Below are positions 16,471-26,366 of a stretch of 64,000 nucleotides of DNA, piece by piece. Origin of the DNA: a virus (Duplodnaviria; Caudoviricetes); the IMG/VR virus record IMGVR_UViG_3300011445_000020, positions 81 through 64,080 of that record. One strand, written 5' to 3'. Position 1 is the stretch's first letter; each line of letters starts with the position of its first letter. The position numbers and the translations under genes are program-made. Under the pieces are notes generated by a model that was not told the DNA's origin, searched no databases, and was given only the letters and a program-made list of their open reading frames with translations.

Positions 16471-16724
16471 TGCGCGTCACCGGCGAACTCCACATGATGT
16501 TGAGTCGCTTCCACGGCCATGCTTCCTCGGTGGACTGCTGGTGTGAACCCGTGAGCATCACGCTCCAGCCGATCAACGGCTTCCCCGGCCTCACTCGCGT
16601 GATCGATCACAACGACACGGTCAACGAACACCACCTCGTCACGCTCAGCAGGCGTGCCCTGGAAAACGATTACGTCACCCGTTTCCTCAACGAAATCAAC
16701 CTCGACTACAGGAGCCTCGACTGA
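16467..16724 (+). CDS. Hypothetical protein
   Basis: H...DCWCEP...VIDHN motif typical of small phage proteins. Confidence 0.6.
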   Translation: MMRVTGELHMMLSRFHGHASSVDCWCEPVSITLQPINGFPGLTRVIDHNDTVNEHHLVTLSRRALENDYVTRFLNEINLDYRSLD

Positions 16725-16990
16725 TGCCACTCTCATCGTCCTGCCAGAACTGCGGCGCGGCAAAGCCCGTCGAACGTTACGCTGATCCATTTTGCAACAC
16801 CTGCTCCAGCGTGGACACGGAAGCGCAGCAGCACTTCGCCTCCGAGCACCCGGACGCACTCCAGTCGGACATCCTCTACGCCGGCCGTATGGCCCGCCAA
16901 GCGCGCGCGATGCGCCCAGGCTCGAACTACGTTGATCCGCGTACCTTCTCAGCGAGCCGCCGAGGGCTCCCTTCGAAGCCGGGCGCATAA
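16724..16990 (+). CDS. Zinc-binding hypothetical protein
   Basis: CQNC...CNTC. Confidence 0.55.
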   Translation: MPLSSSCQNCGAAKPVERYADPFCNTCSSVDTEAQQHFASEHPDALQSDILYAGRMARQARAMRPGSNYVDPRTFSASRRGLPSKPGA

Positions 16991-17004
16991 GAAAGGAGAG
17001 CACA

Positions 17005-17775
17005 GTGGCTGATCCATTTGGTCCTGTACCTGAGATTCGAAAGCACTCTGCGAAGAAGTTTGTCGATGACCACGGCGACACGTGGGACGAAACGGGCACG
17101 ATCAAGATCGGCTTCCGCGATCCGCTCGTCGTCCTCAGTGAGCAGGACGCGCTCCGCGACAAGATTCGCGAGGACCTCGACGTCCTCGGCATCCGCGACC
17201 GCACCGAGAAGGTGGAGATCACCCTCGCAGATGGAACGAAGGACACGGTCGAGCTTCTTCCCGCTGGTCCCCTCGGCGCAGACATCCTCCAGTTCGGCGA
17301 GCCTGAGAATGAGGCCGCGCGGCAGGAGCAGATTCAGTACCACCTCTCGATCGACGAGGCAGTCGAGGAGCGCAAGCTCGCGGTCCTCAAACAGGACGGC
17401 AAGACGTTCACCTTCCTAGCCCGCGATCGCTCTGCCGACGAGCGCCTCCTTGCCGTGCAGGATGCGCAGCGCGCGGCCGACCGTAAAGTGGCGTCATCTG
17501 ACCGCTTTCGGCAGTCGTTCGTCCAGCAGAACATCCAGGAGATCGAGTCGATCCGTCAGGGACGGCGTGTCTCCCACAACGAAGCTGTCTACATGTACAA
17601 CAATCCCGCGAAGTCGCGGAGCAAGTACCGGCGTGTGCACTGGTTCGCCGAGAGCGTTCGAATCCTCTTCGTCTATCCAGAAGCTCGTACGGCCCTGGTC
17701 AAGCAGACCTGGGCGAAGATCACACGTACTGTGAGAGGATGGCTCCGTGCGTTACCGTTTGCCCGGAAGACCTGA
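17005..17775 (+). CDS. Hypothetical protein
   Basis: AAGGAG RBS, strong GC3 codon bias. Confidence 0.7.
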   Translation: MADPFGPVPEIRKHSAKKFVDDHGDTWDETGTIKIGFRDPLVVLSEQDALRDKIREDLDVLGIRDRTEKVEITLADGTKDTVELLPAGPLGADILQFGEPENEAARQEQIQYHLSIDEAVEERKLAVLKQDGKTFTFLARDRSADERLLAVQDAQRAADRKVASSDRFRQSFVQQNIQEIESIRQGRRVSHNEAVYMYNNPAKSRSKYRRVHWFAESVRILFVYPEARTALVKQTWAKITRTVRGWLRALPFARKT

Positions 17776-17838
17776 GTGGCTACACATGTCCCCATCGACC
17801 GCACATCGATGGGGGCTCACTAGCTGTTGGGAGTACCA

Positions 17839-19776
17839 ATGGCAAAGACTGCTGACATCACTTGGGACCTGGATGCGGAACGTGACCTATGGCGTTCGAT
17901 CTGCGCTCCGAACTCTTGGTTCGCGGAAGACGGCGAAACTGTAGGGACACACCCCCAGTCCCTCTGGTACTTCGTCACGAAAGCGTGGGGCGCGGAAGCC
18001 TTCCTCAAGGCGAACCCTGCCGAACCACGTTGGCTCTACGAGCCGATCCATCGGCCCTACCTCGGCTGGTGGCAGAAGCACCTGCTCGCCTGGAAGACCC
18101 GCGCCCTCTCAGGCGTCCCTGGCCGAACACATCTCGCCTCGATCCTCCCTCGTGGCTTCGGAAAGACCGTCTGCGGCACCAAGGCCGCATCCCTCTGGAC
18201 GCATCTCGACGACGGCAACATGACAACGCTGATCCAGTCCGCCACCGAAGAGTTCTCGCTCGGCGTACTCGAAGCGCAGCAGACAGTCATGGCGGGCGAA
18301 GATAGCACCTCCTGGTTCTGCTGGCTCTATGGCAACTGGAAGGACGGCTCGAAGGCCTGGACGAAGAAGTACACGAATCACGGCCTCCGCACCTCACACA
18401 ACATCAACGAGCCATCGCTCGACACCTCGTCGGCCGCGATCGGCTCCACCGGATACCATCCCCGCCAGTGCTGGTGGGATGACCCTCTCCAGAAGACGAA
18501 GCTCCGTGCTGAGCGCGTTGCCTACCTCCGTGGGCAGCAAGAGGCGGTCAACGCTGCCTTCAACTCGGTCCACACTAACGGGCTCATCGTCCTCAACCTC
18601 ACCCGCTACCTCGACAACGACATCGCTGGAGAACACCTCCGTAAGGGAGGCGTTGCATCATGGGAGGGCATGACTTGTCCCCACATGGCGACCTTCGACC
18701 AAGTTCCATTTGGTGAAGGCATCTGGCATGTCTTCTTCTACCAGACGGAAGACGAAGCCACCGGCGAGCCGACGAATCCGCAACTCTGGGACAAGGCGAT
18801 GATCGCCCAGGCTAAGCACCGCGACGCGGAAGACTTCGCCTGCCAGCAGCAGAACAATCCAGGCTCGGGTGAACACGCGCCTCTCGTCGAGTCACAGATT
18901 CCGTGGCTCTACATGTCCTATCCCGATTTTCGTTGGGAGGTCACCCCACAGTGGGCGACTATCCACATCGACACCGCGTTCAAGAACGCGCAGAACATCG
19001 GCGCGGGCGACTACAGCGCGATCGTCGTCTGGATCAAGGACACGAAGGACAACGGTATCCTCTACCTGGACACCGATCTCCTACGCGCTTCAAACACGTG
19101 GCGTGAAGAAGATTTCAACAAGGAACTCGTCAAGGTCTGCCTCGCACTCCGCAAGCGTGGCATCTACATTCGCGCGATCACCGACGAGAAGGAGCCCGGT
19201 GGTAAAGAGGGCACCTACAAGAACCGAATCCTCGGCATCCTCCGCACAGCCGGCTTCATGTTCTCGGAAGACCAGTTCATCCAGTTCAACCGCACCACGG
19301 AGAAGAAGGCACGCATCCGTACCGCCGTCGGCCATTGGGCCGAAGGCTACGTCCGCATCCTCCTCCACCGCGATCACTGTGACTGTCCTCCTCCCGAGTA
19401 CGATCGGCTCACGAATCGCTACCTCCCTCGGCAGTGTCCGCACTTCGTCGTCCCGCCTGTCGTCAAGACGCTGATCGATCAGATCGTGCGCGTTGACGTC
19501 GTCGGCCACGATGACATCGCAGATGCGATGACGGACGGCTTCACCAAGCAGTGTGGGTGGATGCCTCCCGCAGTCAAGCCGAGTGACCCCCGCGACGAGG
19601 GGGCCATCCCGAAGCGCCCGTGGGACGAAGACCTGAAGACGGTCGGCAAAGCAATGTCATACGACGAACTCAACCAGTTCCTCGCGGATCGGGATGAGGC
19701 AGCTTCCGCTGGCCTCATGTCTCCTGGTCACGGGTGGGACGATGATTCCTGGTCCTCCCCGCGAGAACCAGTCTGA
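17839..19776 (+). CDS. terL: Terminase large subunit
   Basis: Walker A LPRGFGKT, Walker B WWDDP, LTRY, FACQQQNNP, nuclease IDTA...GDYSAIVV and HDDIADA. Confidence 0.9.
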   Translation: MAKTADITWDLDAERDLWRSICAPNSWFAEDGETVGTHPQSLWYFVTKAWGAEAFLKANPAEPRWLYEPIHRPYLGWWQKHLLAWKTRALSGVPGRTHLASILPRGFGKTVCGTKAASLWTHLDDGNMTTLIQSATEEFSLGVLEAQQTVMAGEDSTSWFCWLYGNWKDGSKAWTKKYTNHGLRTSHNINEPSLDTSSAAIGSTGYHPRQCWWDDPLQKTKLRAERVAYLRGQQEAVNAAFNSVHTNGLIVLNLTRYLDNDIAGEHLRKGGVASWEGMTCPHMATFDQVPFGEGIWHVFFYQTEDEATGEPTNPQLWDKAMIAQAKHRDAEDFACQQQNNPGSGEHAPLVESQIPWLYMSYPDFRWEVTPQWATIHIDTAFKNAQNIGAGDYSAIVVWIKDTKDNGILYLDTDLLRASNTWREEDFNKELVKVCLALRKRGIYIRAITDEKEPGGKEGTYKNRILGILRTAGFMFSEDQFIQFNRTTEKKARIRTAVGHWAEGYVRILLHRDHCDCPPPEYDRLTNRYLPRQCPHFVVPPVVKTLIDQIVRVDVVGHDDIADAMTDGFTKQCGWMPPAVKPSDPRDEGAIPKRPWDEDLKTVGKAMSYDELNQFLADRDEAASAGLMSPGHGWDDDSWSSPREPV

Positions 19777-19784
19777 GGTAACCC

Positions 19785-20018
19785 ATGTCAGTTCCCGCAA
19801 GCGTCGCAACCCAAATGTCCGCACTCAACGCTGCTCTCAACCTGCTCGTCAAGGATCGTGAGCGAATCAACAGCATCTTCGAGAACGATCTCGGGAGCAG
19901 CGTCTGGGACCTCCTCTCCGCAGGAGAGAAGACGGGCGTGAAGAACGCGCTCATCGCTGACATGAACTCTGCCCGTGATCAGATCACAGCCGTGAACAAC
20001 GCGTTGGCGGCCCTGTGA
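19785..20018 (+). CDS. Small helical protein
   Basis: GAGG RBS, coupled. Confidence 0.6.
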   Translation: MSVPASVATQMSALNAALNLLVKDRERINSIFENDLGSSVWDLLSAGEKTGVKNALIADMNSARDQITAVNNALAAL

Positions 20019-20329
20019 CGATCATCGTTGAACTCGACGATGGTACGAAGCACGTCTACAAGGACGTCTACGACGCCTACCTAGCTGTGCGTCACGGTCT
20101 CGCGACCGTTGACCCGGAAGGCCGTGTTGCAGTGATGCCCGACATCCGCTCCTACTCATGGGGCTCCAACCTCCGAGAACTCGTGAAAGAGGTGTCCCAG
20201 TCGCTCGTCGAGTTGCAGGACACCCTGCGGGAGATGCGTCATGCCAGTTCCAGCAGGAGTGATCGTAGCGTGGCCGACAACGGCAGCAAGCATCCCGAGC
20301 GGATGGACTCGCGAAACATCCCTCGATAG
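20015..20329 (+). CDS. Hypothetical protein
   Basis: GTGA coupling, codon bias. Confidence 0.55.
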   Translation: MTIIVELDDGTKHVYKDVYDAYLAVRHGLATVDPEGRVAVMPDIRSYSWGSNLRELVKEVSQSLVELQDTLREMRHASSSRSDRSVADNGSKHPERMDSRNIPR

Positions 20330-21584
20330 CAAATACATCCAGGGCGCTCCCTCGGGGCAGGACACAGACCTGACCAGCCGAGGGAACGCCACTCACACGC
20401 ACACTTCGCCTGCGCACACGCCACTACAGGACGCTCATAGTGCAGCGGGCAGTAGTGTGCTTTACACGAGTGGTGATAACGCACCCGCTGGTGCGGGTAC
20501 ATCGTTCGCGACATCACACTCCCACGCGTTTACCTCTCCCACGACCGTAGCTACGAATCAGGCCTCTACGGTGAGCTTCAACGCGAACTCGTCGAACGAT
20601 CTTCCGTTCCAAGTAGTGATCTGGATCAAGTCGGATGGCAGCCCCACGGGCATCCCTGCCGGCGCGTACGCCTTCTTCGAGTCGGACACGCTCCCCTCGA
20701 ACTGGTCTCGCGTTCAAGCAGGAAGTTACCTCAAGGGTGCGGCTGCTGCCGGCGACGGTGGTGCAACAGGTGGTGCGTTGACGCACACTCACGTCTCTGC
20801 CGCCCACACGCACGGGCAGGACGCGCACACGCACCCTGACTGTAACTCTGAGTTCGAAGTGGGCGCGTCTACGCAGCAACCGATCAACGACGGCCTTCCC
20901 GTTCTGCAACCATCGCACTACCACAGCCTGACGATTTCTTCGGCTACTGCGACCAACCAGAGTACCACGAACACGACGAACGCGGAAAATCATGAACCTG
21001 TCTACAAGAAGCTGAACACTATTCGGAATGATGGCGCGGCCAGTCTCCCGGATTCAGTGATCGCTCTCTGGGCGGGGACGAACGCCAGTATACCTCCTGG
21101 GTGGACGCGGTACACCGCGATGGACGGATACTTCTTGAAAGGTGCAGCCGGTGGCGACGGCCTCACGACTGGTGGATCGCTGACCCACACGCATACTGCG
21201 ACATGCCAGCCGATCCAAAATAATCACGTGCACACGATCACGCAGACCGGCTCTTTCACCTTCGCGAACCTCGGGGCCGAAATCCTCTCAGGGGGCGTGA
21301 TCCGCCAGACTGTCGATCATGCGCACTCGTGGACTGACTCCGGTAATGTTACGACGAACCAGGAGTTGACCTACAACGTCAACGCTTGCACGTCAGAAGC
21401 AGCGTACCCACCATACGTACGCCTGATCTACATCCAACTCACGCCCGCACCTACCCCTGCTCGTGGTGGCGTCTACACCTCCTACAGCACCGGACGCTTC
21501 CTCGATAGTTTCCCCCGCGCGGACGTGCCCGACGAAGTAGGGATTCGCATCGCACACGGCGACCGCCGATTCACGGAGACCTGA
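20241..21584 (+). CDS. Fibre/spike protein with three tail-collar-like repeats and HxH motifs
   Basis: Three copies of P.G.I..W.....IP.GW.R......Y..GA....GG..THTH; many HxH. Confidence 0.7.
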   Translation: MPVPAGVIVAWPTTAASIPSGWTRETSLDSKYIQGAPSGQDTDLTSRGNATHTHTSPAHTPLQDAHSAAGSSVLYTSGDNAPAGAGTSFATSHSHAFTSPTTVATNQASTVSFNANSSNDLPFQVVIWIKSDGSPTGIPAGAYAFFESDTLPSNWSRVQAGSYLKGAAAAGDGGATGGALTHTHVSAAHTHGQDAHTHPDCNSEFEVGASTQQPINDGLPVLQPSHYHSLTISSATATNQSTTNTTNAENHEPVYKKLNTIRNDGAASLPDSVIALWAGTNASIPPGWTRYTAMDGYFLKGAAGGDGLTTGGSLTHTHTATCQPIQNNHVHTITQTGSFTFANLGAEILSGGVIRQTVDHAHSWTDSGNVTTNQELTYNVNACTSEAAYPPYVRLIYIQLTPAPTPARGGVYTSYSTGRFLDSFPRADVPDEVGIRIAHGDRRFTET

Positions 21585-21781
21585 TGCCACGGAAAGAGAG
21601 CTACTGCCGCATCTGCGGCACCGGGATCGACCAGACTCTGCGCATTTTCTCGCATGAGGTCAAGTCGTACCCTTCGAACACGTACCACATTTTCGAGTTG
21701 TCTAACGGTGCAGTCCTCTGGCTGAATGACTTCGGCGTCAAGACGCTCACCTTCGCCGATAGCGTGGACAAGCTCAACTGA
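21584..21781 (+). CDS. Hypothetical protein
   Basis: TGATG coupling. Confidence 0.5.
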   Translation: MPRKESYCRICGTGIDQTLRIFSHEVKSYPSNTYHIFELSNGAVLWLNDFGVKTLTFADSVDKLN

Positions 21782-21793
21782 AAGGCGGCCCGG

Positions 21794-22372
21794 ATGGCCC
21801 GCATCATCTTCTTCGACTTGGAGACGCGCAAGTGGGCATCGGACCTACGTCCCGATGACATCGATGCAGGGTGGGATGAGCTTCGCTCCGGAAAGGGCGG
21901 TGCCTCTGCCATTGCCCTCTACGATACACGCGATGCCTGGCTCTACCTCTACGACGACAACACGATCGAGCAGTGCGCTCGCCACCTGGAAGCCGCTGAC
22001 ATCATCGTGGGTTACTGCTCCACGCGTTTCGATCTACCTTGCATCGAGGGGATCGCAAACAGACGCCTCCGCATTCGCCGGCACATCGACATCTATCAAC
22101 TCCTAGTCGATGCGCATCGAGTTGCCAACATTCCCACTGCGAAAGGTGATCTAACGCTCGATCGCATTGCGAAGCGTAACCTCGGGCGGGGCAAGATTGA
22201 CCACGGCTCGAATGTGAAAGAACTCATGCGCAAGGGGCACTGGGCGAAGTTGTTCAACTACTGCGGGTCTGACGTTCAACTCACGCGGGACCTGTACACT
22301 AAGATGGTCGCTGATAGCGGTTTGGTCGGCCCCCGAGGATTCATCCGTCTGGAGATTTCCAATGGCCTGTAA
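21794..22372 (+). CDS. RNase H-like/DEDD 3'-5' exonuclease (YprB-like)
   Basis: IFFDLET, VGY..RFDLP, HIDIY, LDRIA, YCGSDV. Confidence 0.8.
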   Translation: MARIIFFDLETRKWASDLRPDDIDAGWDELRSGKGGASAIALYDTRDAWLYLYDDNTIEQCARHLEAADIIVGYCSTRFDLPCIEGIANRRLRIRRHIDIYQLLVDAHRVANIPTAKGDLTLDRIAKRNLGRGKIDHGSNVKELMRKGHWAKLFNYCGSDVQLTRDLYTKMVADSGLVGPRGFIRLEISNGL

Positions 22373-22703
22373 GAGTGAAGATGCCATCGCGCGTGACCGA
22401 GCGAGGGCACGTCAGTGGTATAGAGATCAATCCACCGAACGTAAGAAAGAAATATGGTTGAAGCGTGCTTACGGGATTGACCTGGTTACCTACGAAGCGA
22501 TGGTTAAAGAACAGAAAGGCCTCTGTGCAATCTGCCGGAGAGAACCTCTTGTTCTCCACGTAGATCACGATCACGAGACGAATCGTGTGCGGGGTCTTCT
22601 TTGCGGTTCTTGCAACCGTGCAATCGGTCTTTTGCAGGAGAGTCTAGAAACTCTCCAGCACGCGATCGAGTACCTCAAGAGGACAAATGATCGGCACGAT
22701 TGA
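22362..22703 (+). CDS. Endonuclease VII-family homing endonuclease
   Basis: YGI...QKGLCAIC...VDHDHETNRVRGLLCGSCN. Confidence 0.88.
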   Translation: MACKSEDAIARDRARARQWYRDQSTERKKEIWLKRAYGIDLVTYEAMVKEQKGLCAICRREPLVLHVDHDHETNRVRGLLCGSCNRAIGLLQESLETLQHAIEYLKRTNDRHD

Positions 22704-24651
22704 ACGAGCAGCAGATGGATACGCCTACCGTGAGCAAATGTGCTCGATGGTGATTGACTGCATGCTCTACTCTGAGCAGCAGTACAGCGGGATTCGCCAA
22801 AAGTGGCCCCGGCTGTACGACCTGTGGCGCGGCTCGTGGAGCGGACGATTCCACCCGCACAAGAACAACGTCCACATCCCGCTGATCTTCTCAGCGATCT
22901 GGGCGGATGCTGCTCGCAAGGCGGCCTCCTCGCTTTCTATGTGGCCGCCAGTCAACTTCATGGGTTACGGCCCGAATGACCGGGCTATCGCGCAGAAGCA
23001 AGAATCGCTGAACGGCGCGCAGATGAAAGACGACAACATGTTCCTGAAGCAGGTCGATGTCATCGTCGGTGCCGACCTCTACGGCGTCTCGGTGATGCAG
23101 ATCGGATGGAAGCGCACCGAGAGGATGCGCATCCTGGAACAGGTCGAGCGTATGCCGATCTCTGGCAAGGTCGTCAAGTACCTCCGGAAGGGCAACGTTG
23201 TCGAGTTCGATGGACCCGAAACACTCAACATTGACCTTCTCGATTTCTTCCCACAGCCTACGGTCGCGCGTCTACGCGACATGAAGTGGGTCGTGCGGCG
23301 CTACTTCCTTGACCTCGATGACGTCCGGTATCTCGCTTCGATCGGCACCTTCTCGAAGGGCGAACTCGCCCGGATGGAACGAGACGGAGCCATCGGTGCG
23401 ATGACCGGTGAACTCCAGTCTTCGGTCCGTCGTTTCCAGGTTCGTTCGGGCATGGACGACGACACCGCGCGATTCATGAATAAGTACTCGCGGCCGATCG
23501 AAATCCTGGAGTTCTGGGGCGATGTGCCCTCGGAGCTTTCGAAGGACGGCGTTCTCCAGCGAGTCGTCACGGTCGCGAACCGTCGCTACCTGATGCGGAA
23601 CAATCCGAACCCGTATAACCACGGGCTTCTGCCGTTCGTCGCCTATTCTCCGACTCCTGACCTTCACTACTTCTACGCGCCCGGCAAGGCCGAGGTTGTC
23701 GAGAAGCTTCAGATCGTTGGCAACCGCTACATCAACCAGTCGCTCGATGCGGCTGACCTGATGATCGACCCTATGATCATCTACGACCGCTCGGCGGGCC
23801 TTACCACGCGCAACTTCTACTCGCGCCCTGGCCGTCTGATCGGCGTGAACGGTGATCCATCGAAGGTCATGGCCCCGATGAAGTGGGACTACTCGGGGCT
23901 CACAGTTGCGGACAACAAGCTCGCACAGATGCGCGAGTTCCTCCAGATGGGCACGGGTATCATCGATGACGCCGTGCAGGGTCTCGGCGGTGACAGCCGA
24001 CAGACCGCCCGTGAGTTTGTGGGTCGCCGAGAAGCAGCCGGCACTCGACTCATGCTGGAGTCTCGCATCTACGAAGAGAACATGCTGGAGGCAATCGCCA
24101 ACCAGTTCTGCTCTCTCAGCAAGCAGTTCCTCGAACCTCCCGTCGAAGTCATGATCCTCGGCGACGGTGCGATGATCGATGAAACCACCGGGCAGCCGTA
24201 TCCGGCTTCGCGCGAAACTCTCTCCGCCTACGACATGTTGCCAAACTATTCGGCACGTGCGATGGGTGCGACGATGGGCCTCAGCAAGCAGATGCAGCAG
24301 CAGAACATGCTCCAGCTACTTCAGGCGCTCGGTACTCCACTCGGCCAGTCGCTGATGGGGCAGATCAACGCGGTGAACTTCTTCCGTGGCATCTTCAAGA
24401 CATTCGAAGTTCCGAACATCAACGAAATCTTCGTCGTCAACCCGATGCTCCAGCAGTTCATGCAGTCGCCAGAACTTTCGGGCATGCTCCAGGGCCGAGG
24501 TCTTGCCGGCATTCCGACCTCAGGTCAGATTGCTTCGCAGGGTCCGAGCGTCCTTCCCGGTATGCCGGGGGCCGCACAAGGCTCAGCGCAGTCTCTCATG
24601 GCTCCTCCGGACATCTCCAGTCAGATGGGGCCGGTCGGCGTCGCCGCATAA
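22687..24651 (+). CDS. Portal protein (P22-like)
   Basis: 654 aa; LDFFP, EILEFWG, NPYNHGLLPF, QTAREF, Q-rich C-terminus; lies between terL and scaffold. Confidence 0.85.
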   Translation: MIGTIERAADGYAYREQMCSMVIDCMLYSEQQYSGIRQKWPRLYDLWRGSWSGRFHPHKNNVHIPLIFSAIWADAARKAASSLSMWPPVNFMGYGPNDRAIAQKQESLNGAQMKDDNMFLKQVDVIVGADLYGVSVMQIGWKRTERMRILEQVERMPISGKVVKYLRKGNVVEFDGPETLNIDLLDFFPQPTVARLRDMKWVVRRYFLDLDDVRYLASIGTFSKGELARMERDGAIGAMTGELQSSVRRFQVRSGMDDDTARFMNKYSRPIEILEFWGDVPSELSKDGVLQRVVTVANRRYLMRNNPNPYNHGLLPFVAYSPTPDLHYFYAPGKAEVVEKLQIVGNRYINQSLDAADLMIDPMIIYDRSAGLTTRNFYSRPGRLIGVNGDPSKVMAPMKWDYSGLTVADNKLAQMREFLQMGTGIIDDAVQGLGGDSRQTAREFVGRREAAGTRLMLESRIYEENMLEAIANQFCSLSKQFLEPPVEVMILGDGAMIDETTGQPYPASRETLSAYDMLPNYSARAMGATMGLSKQMQQQNMLQLLQALGTPLGQSLMGQINAVNFFRGIFKTFEVPNINEIFVVNPMLQQFMQSPELSGMLQGRGLAGIPTSGQIASQGPSVLPGMPGAAQGSAQSLMAPPDISSQMGPVGVAA

Positions 24652-24666
24652 GAAAGGCGGTTCACT

Positions 24667-25077
24667 ATGGAGCGCGGTGATTTCCGCGAACACTTCGACA
24701 TCCGACAGCTTGATGAAGAGCAACGAGGCATGATCGAGTACGTACTAAACTCGCCAGCCTACAACTCGTACTTCAAGCCGTTCATCGAAGACATCCTCAA
24801 GACGATGAATCAGCAGTGGAAGGATCGTACCAAAACCCGCCAAGACCTGTATCCCGACGAGTTCCTCGCGGGGGGCGTGGTCTTCGGTGAATCCCTCTTG
24901 AAGTTCTTCGAGATCATCATCCAGGAGACCAATATCGAGCGGATCAATGCGGTGATGGAGAATGTGACCAACGAACAGTTGTACGATCTCAAACGGCAGC
25001 GAGGGCTCGTTCGACCCGTCGTAGGTCTCGACCAGCCTACGTTGCCACAGAAGTACGATCCAGACGAGGATTTCTAA
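24667..25077 (+). CDS. Hypothetical protein (post-portal)
   Basis: Synteny, codon bias. Confidence 0.65.
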   Translation: MERGDFREHFDIRQLDEEQRGMIEYVLNSPAYNSYFKPFIEDILKTMNQQWKDRTKTRQDLYPDEFLAGGVVFGESLLKFFEIIIQETNIERINAVMENVTNEQLYDLKRQRGLVRPVVGLDQPTLPQKYDPDEDF

Positions 25078-25113
25078 CCCGTCAACTCCGAGACGACCTC
25101 GGAAGGAGACAAC

Positions 25114-26310
25114 ATGAGTATCGGACGCACCAAAGAGGAACAAGAACTTACCGCTCTTCTGTCTCGCACCCTCGTTCAGAAAGAGGTTGTCGAGCCGATG
25201 AGCAAGATCGGGTGGGGCCACGCTGCCCCACCGCCCCCTGACTATTCGGACAACCCGAAGGCGGAGGGAGCACCGGCCCCGGCACAGCCCCCGGCAGCGC
25301 AGCCTCAGAGCGGACTACCTGCTCCGAACGCTGGCGCTCCACCGGCAGCAGTACCTACGGCCAAGGCGGACACCCTTTCAGCCGACGATCTCGTCGCTGC
25401 TTTCGAGGCCCTGCGTGATCCGCAGACTGGTCTGATTGCAGGCAAGTACAAGACGATTCCCGAAGCACTGAAGGGGGCTGGTCACCTCGCGAACATGGCG
25501 AAGCAGGCATTTCAGGAACGTGACGCGGCTCTCGCCCGTCCCGCTGCTGCGGTGCAGCTTAGCCCTCAGCCCGCTGTCACCCCGACAGCGGCTCCTATCC
25601 CTGAGCCGGTTACTTTGGCCGCTTCGCGAGCGAAGCTGAAGTCCGCACAGGAACGTCTCGACGCGGTGCTGTCGAGAGTTGACGACAACGAAGGTGTTGT
25701 CGATGGGGAGACTCTCCGAGCCCACACGAATGCGATGCGCGAACTCGCGGACGTGCAGGCTGAAGTGAGAGTGCAGGAGATTCAGCATACTCAGAGAGCT
25801 TCTGAGGTTGCTGAACGGGATCGTTGGCTTGCCGTGGATGACTTCATGCAGAAGAACCATCCCGACTCGCTCTCGCATTCCGTTGAGATCGGTCTGCACA
25901 TTCAGGCCGACCCAGTGCTCCAGGAAGCGGTCGGTGCCCTCGTGGCACAGGGGAAAGAGGTTCAGGCTTCTGTTCTCGCGTGGAACTCGTATCAGCGAGC
26001 CGTCACTTCGGGTGTGGCTGCTGTCGAGCGTACTAACGCAGAGAATAAGGAGGCTGATCTCGCGGCCAAGGAGCAAGTCCGTAAGGAGCTTCTGGAGAAG
26101 GCCCGCAGAGACGCGGGAGTCGTTCAGGGCTCGTCGGGTGGTGGAGTGCACATGAATGAGGACGCCGGTGCGCCGTCTCGTGATGAGATGGCCCAGGTTG
26201 TCGCTCAGATGCGCAACGAAGGTGAAGGTCTCGGCATGGGTGCCGCGACGCGCTTCCGTCATCTCCTCATCGGACGTCATCTCGATCCGTCTATCTTCGG
26301 CGGGCGCTAA
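25114..26310 (+). CDS. Capsid scaffolding protein
   Basis: Pro/Ala-rich, coiled coil, IAGKYKT motif, directly before the capsid gene. Confidence 0.7.
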   Translation: MSIGRTKEEQELTALLSRTLVQKEVVEPMSKIGWGHAAPPPPDYSDNPKAEGAPAPAQPPAAQPQSGLPAPNAGAPPAAVPTAKADTLSADDLVAAFEALRDPQTGLIAGKYKTIPEALKGAGHLANMAKQAFQERDAALARPAAAVQLSPQPAVTPTAAPIPEPVTLAASRAKLKSAQERLDAVLSRVDDNEGVVDGETLRAHTNAMRELADVQAEVRVQEIQHTQRASEVAERDRWLAVDDFMQKNHPDSLSHSVEIGLHIQADPVLQEAVGALVAQGKEVQASVLAWNSYQRAVTSGVAAVERTNAENKEADLAAKEQVRKELLEKARRDAGVVQGSSGGGVHMNEDAGAPSRDEMAQVVAQMRNEGEGLGMGAATRFRHLLIGRHLDPSIFGGR

Positions 26311-26366
26311 TTAGCGTCACGCAGAAAGGACACAACTAGCTACCATCGTGTAGCGAGGAATACCCA

